From Macrostomum lignano (Eukaryota), in NCBI GenBank assembly GCA_002269645.1, contig NIVC01003758.1, positions 34,872-78,403 on the forward strand: a DNA stretch of 43,532 bases. The letters run 5' to 3'. A model generated the notes under the pieces. The model searched no databases and was not told the DNA's origin. It was given only the letters and a program-made list of their open reading frames with translations. A program made the position numbers and the translations under genes. Below are positions 1 to 9,664 of this stretch, piece after piece. Positions within the stretch are counted from its first letter, which is position 1. The number at the start of each line of letters is the position of its first letter.

Positions 1-89
1 ATACATTCACACATGCTCAATGCAACGGGCTTGCATTCTCTGTAACGGCTGTAAGTTATTAGTTATTAGGCGGGCGCGTAAACAAATGC

Positions 90-695
90 TTAAAATTCAC
101 AGAGGCCCGAGTCCGAGTCAAAACTCGCCCGTCGAATAGGCGGACCAGGCATATTCTCTCTAACTAGTATGCGCAATGGACCATAAAGCGAAGGCTCTTC
201 GGCGATGATTACCCAATTCTCGCCGTTACTACGCACCCGTCCATGCCCGCGCCCATCAAGAGGGCGATGTCGGGCGTAGACGTGAGATGCGTGACGATGG
301 TTAAGAAATGGGTACCAGCGAGGATTGTCGCCGCTCATAGCGCCTTCGCTCCGGCTAGGTCCATCCCGTGACTGTCGACAAACACGAGCCTCGACGGAGC
401 CAATCTCACGATGGCTGCCGCCCCCCGCGACGCTCTCGCTTGGTCTAGAAGGCTCGCTTTCCAAGTCGGATTGCACAGCGCTTCCACCGCCCACGGCACC
501 CTCGCCCAGGACGGGAGACTCTAGCATCGCAGGGGCCGGTCGAACATTCTCGCCAGAATCACTTTGAAGGCTAGATTCAACATCGCTGTCTCCGCCCGCA
601 GCGCCATTACTCCACAGGGCCCTCGCCCACGTCCACGCACTCGACTCACGGTGCCCAGCGTCCATGATCACCCTGCGGTTCAGGACTGATGGCAT
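90..695 (-). CDS. Unknown Ser/acidic-rich accessory protein, probably last exon of a spliced gene
   Basis: 201-aa ORF with no recognisable domain. Candidate 80-nt GT-AG intron at 696-775 (GAGG|GTAAGT ... TTCCTCCGCAG|ATG on minus strand); upstream frame unresolved. Confidence 0.4.
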   Translation of the reverse strand: MPSVLNRRVIMDAGHRESSAWTWARALWSNGAAGGDSDVESSLQSDSGENVRPAPAMLESPVLGEGAVGGGSAVQSDLESEPSRPSESVAGGGSHREIGSVEARVCRQSRDGPSRSEGAMSGDNPRWYPFLNHRHASHVYARHRPLDGRGHGRVRSNGENWVIIAEEPSLYGPLRILVRENMPGPPIRRASFDSDSGLCEF

Positions 696-1421
696 CTGCG
701 GAGGAAAGTCGCAACACTAGATGTTTATTTCAATGAGGATAAATTAAAACATAACCAAGCAGGTACCAAACTTACCCTCTTCAGGGATCCGGCATAGTTC
801 ATTTAAGTAGTCGGCATCCGAAAACTCGTCAAACTCCGGAAATTGCGACGAACTATTAAAATATAAAGTATCTATATGGTGTCCATTTCGCGAACGCGAA
901 CGGCCCCTCTAGGGTCGTTAACAGCTTCAGCAGCGCGTCCGAAATGATGTAGATTCTCGCTCATAACTCAAACAAAATTTAAGAAGTTATATTGATACTG
1001 CTATACAATAGAGATTGCGCTTTTTAGAGTGTATCCTCTCGGATACAGCTCCCTTGCCGTCTAAGCTTATATCGAAAGTGAAGTTCTTTGTTTAGGATTG
1101 GCTATATTTACCGTCTTTATTCTTCACAACAGAGTTACACAACAGCTGACACAGTTCCCCTAGTGGCATTTTCAGCCTTGGCACCAACTGTTTCAGCTTT
1201 GACTACATTTATCATCCCCCTTTTCATTAGTAGGCCATTGCTATTTACAGGATTTAGAAGACCAACTGTCATTCGCCATCAAAATGAAAAAACTATCGTC
1301 TTGCTACTTGCATGCAAAACTTGAAAAAATCTGGGCGCGGGTTGTCCCTTTGACATTTTGGTAAAAGCATGCGGAATGTTGTTTTTTCATCCGGGCTACA
1401 GCTGCATGCCATTTGCTGAGG

Positions 1422-1431
1422 CTTATATAAG
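1422..1431. promoter_or_regulatory. Palindromic TATA element CTTATATAAG between divergent genes
   Basis: Perfect 10-bp palindrome; plus-strand TATAAG (1426-1431) ends 47 nt before ATG 1478. Confidence 0.55.
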
Positions 1432-1477
1432 GGACTAGTCCCACAGCCGCCTAGCAACAACGACCTGGCTGACCGAG

Positions 1478-2644
1478 ATGGCGTTCTTCCCTGAAGCTGC
1501 GATTGTCTCGAAGGAGGCCCTCGAATGCAAGGATGCCGCAATTATCTTCGGCAAGGCAGAAAAGTGGAACAAACACGAAAACGGACTGCGAACTCTGGCC
1601 TGGAGACCCAGTTCTACATGCCGGGAGCTGCTGCGCTCGTTTTTCAGACCACAAAGCCGGTAGAGGTCTTTCGCGGCATCACCCGAAATGAAGGCCACAG
1701 TCCGGACAGCGGCTCGGAGCTGTGGCGCCGAGAGGGCATGAGTGTCACATTCGCAACAAAAACGTTCTGTGAAACCACATTCGAATGCATCAGGTAATTA
1801 AAGTTATTTGTAATACGTAACTATCTTTTCCTTAATTTTTGAACCACTTTTTTCAATTTTGGAACTCTGTCGCTTGCTTTTCAGAACGGCCGAAAAAATG
1901 ATTGAGGCAATTTTAACGGCTCAGAGGGACACTCATGGACTCGTGCGCCAGGCAAAGATTCCGGAGGACGGAACAACAGCCCCGCCCAGCTGGCTCGGCC
2001 TGCGTGCAAATGTTGCCTGTGCGACATTCTTAGCGGATCTGACGCACAAGATTTACTACGAGGCTCAGCTGCCGGAGTTGTTCGATCGGTCGGGACTGTA
2101 TCATTTAACCTTCCAGGCAGCTTGCTTAATCCGCCCTCGTGCCAACGACAAGTGGAAGGTGTTATTCACCCTTCGCTCTGCCGCGCTGATGGAAGGCGTG
2201 CATGACATGCAGATGTTCCGCATAGTCTCCCGCCAAATGGAAGGTTTACGCCTGGCCAAGAGGGACAACAATGGCCCGCGAGCCGCAGTGCCCGAGTCCG
2301 CCAGCCGGGAGCCAAACAAGTCAAATGTATCGACTGCTGCTGCTGATGCGCCGAGGACGATGCCGCCGCCGAAGAAGTTGCCGCGGATTCGCAAGCGGAA
2401 GGCTGATGCTGCTGCCAGCTCGGACTCTAATATCGTTGAAGCGATTGCGCAGGACCTCATGGAGGCCTGCAAGCCGCCGGTAAAGCAACTTGTGAGTGGT
2501 CCGTCTGGGCGAAAAGCGCCCACAAAGCCAAGAATGCGACCTCCACAGAGCCCGGTTTCAGCTTCTTCTGACGACTCGGAGGAGCAAACTGATGACCTAG
2601 TGGAGGTCCGCGATTCGTCGCCGCCCTTTGGCGCTTTCACCTGA
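1478..2644 (+). CDS. Unknown two-exon viral protein (about 360 aa) with disordered basic/Ser-Pro C-terminus; one frameshift near 1578
   Basis: ATG 1478. A 1-nt shift in the AAAA run (~1577-1580) joins it to the 1525 frame. Intron 1794-1884 (CAG|GTAATT ... CTTTTCAG|A) is phase 2 at both ends and joins FECIR to TAEKMIEA in frame. AATAAA at 2814. Confidence 0.7.
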
Positions 2645-2833
2645 AAAAGCACCAGCTTAGAGCGGACGCTTTAGTGACTTCGTCAAACCCAAGAAAATTA
2701 ACTATTGTCATGGTCCTAGCTTGACCATTGATTTTTGCTTCGCTAGTTAGTCAGAAAAGCTATGCGCTAGCTAGCTAGTTTTTAACCAAAATTTGAAGTT
2801 GAAGTACAAGTTAAATAAACGTGTAACATCTCA

Positions 2834-3448
2834 TTGATTAAAAAGAAATTAAGAAATGTGTTTGTTTCTTGTTCCTTGTCTCTTCCAGAGACTGCTGCAA
2901 CATGTTGTGGGGCTCGACTAGTCATTCCACCAGGCGGGCAGCTGGATCTGTTAAAGTCTAAGCTAATTTCTACCGGACGGGAGGCGAAACTCTATCGTGG
3001 GCGTCCTTCGATGCTTAAAACCCGCTTTTGTGGCTGTTCTGTTCAGCTGTATCCCAAAGGGAAAGTAACAATTTTTGGTGCTAAATCTAAAATCCAAGCA
3101 GTAAGGTGCCTGTGCTTCATAAACGAGTTATGCATCGGTGGTTTAGACTATGAGTCTGTGTGTGTGCAGACAAGTACTTATGCGGGAAGCCTAGATTCAT
3201 CTGTCCGCACTCCGCTCCTGGAGTCCCTGTTTTCGGATACCACTACACTGAAGTTGGAGAGCGGCTATTGTTTAAGCATGGATAAGGAAAATTTCCCTAT
3301 GGCAATCTCCTGCAGGCTTCAATGCAACCCGAGGCTGTTCCTGAACCTGTTCTTTAGTCGGAAATTTATAGTCTGTGGTCCTCAAAATCTCGAGGAACTG
3401 AAGCAAGTGTTGGAGGTTTTTCAACATTTGCCCCAAGCAGCTGTCTAA
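2834..3448 (+). CDS. TATA-binding protein (TBP)-like, two-repeat core; true start unresolved (probable acceptor at 2890)
   Basis: Repeat 1: QLDL...VQLYPKGKVTIFGAKS (cf. TBP KLDL...ALIFSSGKMVCTGAKS). Repeat 2: VQTSTYAGSL...ENFPMAISCRLQCNPRLFLNLFFSRKFIVCGPQNLEELKQVL (cf. IQNMVGSCDV...[40 protein letters not shown]). Confidence 0.85.
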   Translation: MIKKKLRNVFVSCSLSLPETAATCCGARLVIPPGGQLDLLKSKLISTGREAKLYRGRPSMLKTRFCGCSVQLYPKGKVTIFGAKSKIQAVRCLCFINELCIGGLDYESVCVQTSTYAGSLDSSVRTPLLESLFSDTTTLKLESGYCLSMDKENFPMAISCRLQCNPRLFLNLFFSRKFIVCGPQNLEELKQVLEVFQHLPQAAV

Positions 3449-3464
3449 TTATTCACTTCAGCAA

Positions 3465-4085
3465 ATGGCCGCTCAAGTCCGTGCTCAGACTCGAACTTAC
3501 GTGATCGAAGGTCTAATCGGGGCCGGAAAATCTTCCCTTGTCCGCAATCTGGCTCTGATGGCTCGCCTGGAATGCTGGAGTGGAGGGTACGAGTTTGCTC
3601 GGGAGCCGGCGGAATACTACCGAAAGCACCGTTACACGGAGCAAAATCTGCTGCAGCAGTTTTACGATGGTGACGTGTCTGCTTTTGAATTTCAAGTCCA
3701 TGTGTCGCACGAGATGGCGAGACGCGACATGAAGCTCCGCAAAATCGCTACAAAAGGCACGCATCGGTTTATTGTGGCAGACCGACACCTGGGCAGCTGC
3801 TATGCATTTTTAACGCATCTAAAACATCAAGGGCGTTTGAATGGTACCCAGCAAGCAATTCTCGTTAATCAGCTGCAGGTCTTAGAAAAGAAGACAAAGA
3901 CAGTTACACCTCGAGAGGATTGCACCCTGGTGTACCTTGAAATCAACCCGGAGCTGGCACTGCAGCGCATTCGCCAACGAAATCGGCACGGATTCAGTGC
4001 CGCGTTTGCGGCAAACGATTCGGAACCTAGGCAGCACTGCATGCGCATTCGCACGGTGCTTGTTTTCACCCTCTGGAATCGTTGA
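3465..4085 (+). CDS. Deoxynucleoside kinase (dNK/dCK/TK2 family), C-terminus missing after LID
   Basis: P-loop IEGLIGAGKSS, FEFQVH, ADRHLGSCYAF, and LID VYLEINPELALQRIRQRNR. Similarity ends at ~3990. Confidence 0.85.
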   Translation: MAAQVRAQTRTYVIEGLIGAGKSSLVRNLALMARLECWSGGYEFAREPAEYYRKHRYTEQNLLQQFYDGDVSAFEFQVHVSHEMARRDMKLRKIATKGTHRFIVADRHLGSCYAFLTHLKHQGRLNGTQQAILVNQLQVLEKKTKTVTPREDCTLVYLEINPELALQRIRQRNRHGFSAAFAANDSEPRQHCMRIRTVLVFTLWNR

Positions 4086-4349
4086 TTCGCGAGCCAGTCA
4101 ACTCGTTGATTAGCGATCCGCCTAGTGGCTGGAATGCGGCTCTGGAAGAATCAGCGCTGCATGGAAGAGCTAATTTTCTAAAATTTATTCCCACTGCTGC
4201 ACTGGCAACAACAACACAACAACGGGATCTCTGAGGTGCTCGCTTCACTTCAACAGCCGATCTACAGACTTTTCAGCAGGTTACTGCAGCCAGATCTACT
4301 AATGCGAACTTGCATTCATTTAAAGTGTAAGCTAAGTCGTCTGATGCCA

Positions 4350-4382
<33 letters not shown>

Positions 4383-7300
4383 GACCAGCCACCGCTGCAA
4401 CAACAGGAGATTTCAGTTTATTTCAATACCAATATCGTTACGATAACAATTGACGAAGAGTCTGCTGCTGCTGCTGCTGCTGGAGCTCTTCTTTCGCCCG
4501 ACGCCTTTAACCAGTGGTTTTTGCGCGCTGTTGGTGATCTTGTCACTCGACTGGAAAATTTTCAAAAACAAGGCAGCAATTGGCATCTCGAGGCGGTGGA
4601 ACAGGTTGATTTTTTACTCGCCCTGTACAGACGCTCTCGTGCGAGAGCGTCTGTACAGCGCGGTGCAGGAGCTGGAGCACCCGCGGCGGCGGCGGCGGCG
4701 GCGGCGGCCACACCTTTCAAAATTCCGCTGTCACTGGCGAGAAAAGCTGGATCTGTGCTGCTTCTAAAACCAAACAATGCGAACCAGCAGGATTGTTTTT
4801 GCTATGCTGTAGTAGCAAGCGTCTTTCAAAAAGCTGTGCCCCGACCGGCTAGACGGGCCAGCTACAAGCGATGGTTGCAAGTTTTCGATTTCGGTCGAAA
4901 TCCATCCGGTCCTAAACGGCACAATGCACACAGCTACAACAAGTTTCTGAGAAAAAATCCCACTCTTGGCTTACGCATGTTTGTCTGGGATCACGAAAGC
5001 AAATCTGCTAGCTTGTTTTTTTCGAAAAAAACACCAGAAGCTATCTACACGGCAAATTGCCTGTTCATACCACCTTATTCAAGCTTTAAGTTTGGGCACT
5101 ATGTGCATCAAGAATTTGCAAAGCCTGCTAAGTTCTAACACGCGACGACGGCGTTTCTGTCCCGACTGTTTAGCGCCATTTAATCACACTGTGTCCTGGG
5201 ACTTCATCTTGAACGAGCACTGCTGTACTGGCACGTCCGTGCCTCCAACCGAGCCTGCAGCTCAACCAAGGGGCTGTGTATGGCAGTCTGAACCAGAGGG
5301 TCAGTTCCGCGAGATCCGCTTTGTTCCGCGTGAAGAAATGCCAGCTCAAGAGGAGGCTTTTGTGCGCTTCACAGCCGATGAGACGCGACTACCTGCTTTA
5401 TTTGTTATTTATTCAGATCTAGAAACGATTGCAATGAGTCCGGAACAGGCGGCTGCGGCCGGTCACCCGGTTCCCAAACTCGGTAGCGGCATTGTACGAG
5501 AAGTACTCGTACCACTCTGCCTGGGCTACAGATTGGTTACCCAGCCGCAAGACTTCAAAAGCAAGCTGCCTTCATATTGTGCTGGAAAGCCGTGTGAGGT
5601 GCTGTATTCTAGTCCGTGCTCGGTCGGGCCCAATTGCGTGAGCCAGTTTCTTCTAAAATTACGCCAACTAGCTTCGGAAATCATGCACTATGGACGGGTA
5701 GAACTCCACAAACCACTGATGAGAAAGTTTCTTCCCGCACGAAGACTAGTGCTGGAGGCAGCGACAAATTGCCAGTTGTGTCTGCGGGAGTTCGGACCCG
5801 GAGAAGAAGAAGATCAAGCTGTTTTGGACCACTGTCATTTGACAGGCCGTCCTCGTGCTGTTTTATGCCGCTCTTGCAATCGAAAACTAAGTTTACAACG
5901 CCGAAAAATAACAGTTTTTATGCATAACCTGAAAAATTTCGATTCGAAATTTATCATTCGAGAGATCTACGAGACTTTCTCGGGCACCAGCAAGGACATT
6001 CGGCTGAATGTCTTGCCGGAAAACCGTGAGCGGTTTAAGACATTTTCCATTAAGTTTCGACTGCAGGGAGGCAGCACCAGCACGGACGGCATTGACGAGG
6101 CGTGGTTTGAAATTTGTTTCAAAGACACATTTGCCTATTTACCGTCAAGCCTGGCGAGCCTGGCAGGACGTCTTCAACCAGATCAACTCATCTGTACAAA
6201 GGAGCTTCTAAAGTTCTATCCAGGCCTGAGCGAAACGACTCTGTTGCAAAAAGGAGTCTATCCGTACTCATTTGCGGATTCTTTTGAGAAAATGGATTCA
6301 GTTACGCGTCTCCCACCCAGAGAGGCGTTTTTTGACCACCTGAGAGAGGAGCCCTGCTCGCTCGAGGACTACGCCCGGGCCGAAAAAAGCTGGCAAGAAT
6401 TCGGTTGCCGCAGCCTGCGGGACTACACAACAGCATACCTGTCTTTGGACGTGCTGCTTCTGGCGGATGTGTTCGAGGCTTTCCGTAAAACCGGCCTGGA
6501 GGAATACAGCATTGACCCGGCCCACTATTTGGGCGCGCCAATGTACAGCCTCGCCAGCTGCCTACTAACTCTTCAGGAGCCTATTCAGTTAGTCACTGAT
6601 GCGGACATGTACCGTGGCGGCTTCAGTTTTGGTACACGGCACCTGACCACTGCAAACAATCCGCTTGTAGAACCTTTCCGCTGCCAGCTTGACGAGAAAG
6701 AACCGGAGTTTGTGCAGTTGCGGAAAAACGCTCCGGCAAACACTTTTCTTGTTTATCTGGATGCCAATTCACTCTATTCAGCATGCATGGTTCATCCCAT
6801 GCCTTGTGCTGATTTCAAGTGGATGACTTTGCAAGAAATCCGGTCCGTTCCGTGCGACAATGGACTGTCCGCCGATGAACTCGAGGATCCATCAGTGAGG
6901 AGCAAGCTGCTGGACTGGATTTGTAATTTCTGTTCGGCAGACCGGGGCGCCCTGTTCACGGTGGATCTCTACTATCCAAATTTTCTGCACGACTCCACTG
7001 CTGATTTGCCCTTGGCTTTAGGTCACGAAACTGTGACTGAGAGCCGGCTGACAAGAACTCAGCGACAAGACTGGCTACTACTACAGCGGCAGATGAATCC
7101 AAATCGCAGCGCTAACGCAACCTCATACGAGGAGGTCAGCCCATTCAAAAGCCCTACGAAAAAGCTAATCGCTTCGCTGGTGCACAAAAAAACTACGCGG
7201 TGCACTACAGAGCTCTGCGCCTCTATCTGGAGTTGGGACTGCGCGTGACACGAATTCGCCGAGTGCTTGTCTTCACCGAACGCTCGATCTTGCGCTCTTA

Positions 7301-8158
7301 CATCGAGCGCAACATTGAGAGGCGGAAAGCGGCCACGGGGGATTTCGAAAAAGATTTTTTTAAGTTACTCAACAATTCGCTCTTCGGGAAGTTTCTTCAG
7401 CGCGTGCGCGACCGGATGAACTTTCGAATGTGCTCCGACCCAGAGAAGCTGGAGACGCTGGTCAGTATGGAACGCTTCCAAGATGTTGTAATCTACTCTG
7501 AAAATCTCGCGGGAGTTAATCTCGCTCCAAGAAAAGTTACGCTAAACAAGCCGATCATCATTGGCGCCGCAATTCTCGATATTGCTAAGACAATTGTCTA
7601 TGACTTTTATTACAGTCATGTTCAGGCGCACAGCTCTCTGGAGTGCGCGCGCGTCCTCGCTGGCGATACCGACAGCCTGATGATGGCCCTGGTGATGCGC
7701 AAGTCGGGAGAAACCCCGTACGACACTATTTTTAAGGACTTTGTGCAGCAAGGCCTTTTGGACACCAGCAACTACCCGAAGACCCATCCTCTCTACTCTG
7801 ACAGACACAAGGGTCGGCTGATGGCGTGGAAGGATGAATTCGGCGGGCAGCTGGCTATCGAGCTGGCGTTTCTGCGGCCCAAGAACTACTCTTTTTTGAG
7901 GGCCAATGAAGTTGTGCAACAACTGTCGCGCTGCAAGGGGGTGACGAAGACGGTTGCCCGACAGATTAAGCATACTGAGTATGTAAGAACTGTTAACGAG
8001 AGAAGCCTCTACTACGTTCAGCAGCGACGCTTCAGTTCGCAAAACAAGTTGTCTTTTTGCTCGAGCATCGCAAGCTAGCCCTAAGCTCTTTCGACACGAA
8101 ACGTGCTTGGCTGGGCGCGCTCGCCTCTCTACCCTACGGCCACTGGCGGTTGAACTAA
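3989..8158 (+). pseudogene. polB: Protein-primed family B DNA polymerase (Maverick type) with N-terminal zinc finger, endonuclease VII-like insert and 3'-5' exonuclease; broken by frameshifts
   Basis: C2H2/C2HC finger CRVCGKRF..L..H (3998-4050, TAG at 4028), SALHG, GSNW, ExoI YSDLET, DHCHLTG...CRSCN, ExoII HNLKNFD, ExoIII YLSLD, motif A YLDANSLY, motif B KLLNNSLFGK, motif C GDTDS, KNY, C-terminal ALSSFDTKR...PYGH (stop 8156-8158). Frameshifts near 4230, 5105, 7190 and 8055. Confidence 0.93.
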
Positions 8159-8339
8159 TCTATCGCTTTGACTTTTTTAAACCAAGTGTTGATGAGTGTG
8201 CGCTATGCCGTGATTTGACTAAATATAGCGACAGCGAAAACTTGGTCTACTACTAATCTTGCTAAACTGTTAGAGGCCTAGTCAATTTGTTTTTCTACGG
8301 CAGATACGAGGAGGGAAGTAGCTTGGGTGGCTTTAGCAT

Positions 8340-8348
8340 TATAAGTAA
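8340..8348 (+). promoter_or_regulatory. TATAAGTAA motif upstream of dUTPase
   Basis: Same motif as before structural genes; hexamer ends 92 nt before ATG 8437. Confidence 0.5.
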
Positions 8349-8436
8349 AGCGAAAACGATATTTTAAACCTCTACAAGAAACTAACAAACACCTCACCCC
8401 AATCTCTGTTCCAGCTCTATCTGCACACTGCGCAAC

Positions 8437-9015
8437 ATGGACTCGACCGGCTGCTCTTCAGTGGACGAGGAGCTGCGAATCTTCTTGGAGGAAGCCGGAG
8501 CAAAGATTCCGCAACGGGCGACCGAGCGATCGGTTGGCTACGATCTAGCCAGCTTGGAGAAAAAAACCATTACTGCGCAAAGCTGGTGTGTACTCGATAC
8601 CGGAATAAGTATCGATCTGCCAGACGGCACGTATGGTCGAATTGCTTCTCGCTCAGGCCTGGCTGCGCGCTACGGAATCGTTGCCGGCGGCGGAGTTATC
8701 GACCCAGACTACATCGGACAGCTGCAAGTGATTCTTTTCAATCATTCGACTTGTGACTTCAAGGTCGAGCCTGGCGACCGCATCGCTCAATTGGTTTTGG
8801 AGCGTGTCGCTACACCATCTGTTGTTGTTAATCGTGCAGGCAGGCCTGGCAAAAAGGAAGGAGAAGAAGTGAAGACCAGGGCGCACGACGAGGGACTAGT
8901 CAACGACGATGACAAGACCATCCCTGTCCTCGTCGATGAAGAAGAGAACGAAGGACCTATCGAGCCGCCGAAGCGCATTCGCGGAACGGGCGGATTGGGC
9001 AGTACCGGAATTTGA
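8437..9015 (+). CDS. dut: Trimeric dUTPase with acidic insertion before motif 5
   Basis: SVGYDL, GRIASRSGLA, GGVIDPDYIG, GDRIAQLVL and RGTGGLGSTG motifs. Confidence 0.95.
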   Translation: MDSTGCSSVDEELRIFLEEAGAKIPQRATERSVGYDLASLEKKTITAQSWCVLDTGISIDLPDGTYGRIASRSGLAARYGIVAGGGVIDPDYIGQLQVILFNHSTCDFKVEPGDRIAQLVLERVATPSVVVNRAGRPGKKEGEEVKTRAHDEGLVNDDDKTIPVLVDEEENEGPIEPPKRIRGTGGLGSTGI

Positions 9016-9166
9016 ACGCTTTTGCGCGGCGTAATGGGACCTGATAATGATGACACTAACAAATCTAAACGTAGCTAGCACCGCAAACTCAAACTCTAAT
9101 ATTCTCTTGTTTTAAACAACTTCAAAATATACGCTACCACCAATCGACGTAATAGTCAACAGATTG

Positions 9167-9175
9167 TATAAGCAA
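9167..9175 (+). promoter_or_regulatory. TATAAGCAA motif upstream of PLA2/ATPase pair
   Basis: Hexamer ends 51 nt before ATG 9223. Confidence 0.65.
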
Positions 9176-9222
9176 AACAAATTTCCCTACGAGCTATGAC
9201 TTCAAAATATTACTAGCAGAAA

Positions 9223-9659
9223 ATGGTAAGAGACCAGAGCAGGCACTTGAAAAAGAGCGCAAGAAAAACTAAAAAAAATCTCGAACTACTACTACTAGTA
9301 GCCGTAGAGCAAAACGGAATCAGCGACTACAGAGAGGAAGTGGTATTGTAAATTTGGTTATTAACCATTTGCCGTTTGAACTACATCTTCCGGGCTACCA
9401 ATTCTGTGGACCGGGTACTAGGTTGAAAGAACGATTGGCCAAAGGCCAGACCGGGAAAAATAGGTTAGATAGGCTGTGTATGCTGCACGATAAGGCCTAC
9501 GAGAAGAACTCTGAAACGAAAGACCGTCTCGAAGCGGACCGCTTGCTGGAACAGGGCGCGCGAGAAATAGCCCACGATCCAAGCAGTGGTTTGGGTGAGA
9601 AACTAGCCGCCAAATTTGTAGCAAAAGTTATGCAAGTAAAGCAACAAGCGAGCGCCTGA
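9223..9659 (+). CDS. Parvovirus-type phospholipase A2 (PLA2X-like) virion protein with basic N-terminus; frameshift in A run ~9272-9279
   Basis: HLPGYQFCGPGT Ca-binding loop and CMLHDKAY catalytic HD. ATG 9223 joins the PLA2 frame (...RLQRGSGIVNLV) after a 1-nt correction in the A8 run. Confidence 0.85.
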
Positions 9660-9664
9660 GCTAC

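Noticed and set aside
1-30. Weak similarity to the reverse complement of ~16695-16725 (possible inner edge of the left TIR)
   Set aside because: Too short and gapped to distinguish from chance.
7180-7195. Programmed -1 frameshift in PolB at AAAAAAAC
   Set aside because: Not a canonical X XXY YYZ site in the zero frame; the equivalent KKNYVVHY motif is contiguous in element 2; an indel is simpler.
7542-8042. 166-aa minus-strand ORF and other antisense ORFs over PolB, dUTPase, MCP and SLC26
   Set aside because: Shadow frames of well-supported genes with no motifs of their own.
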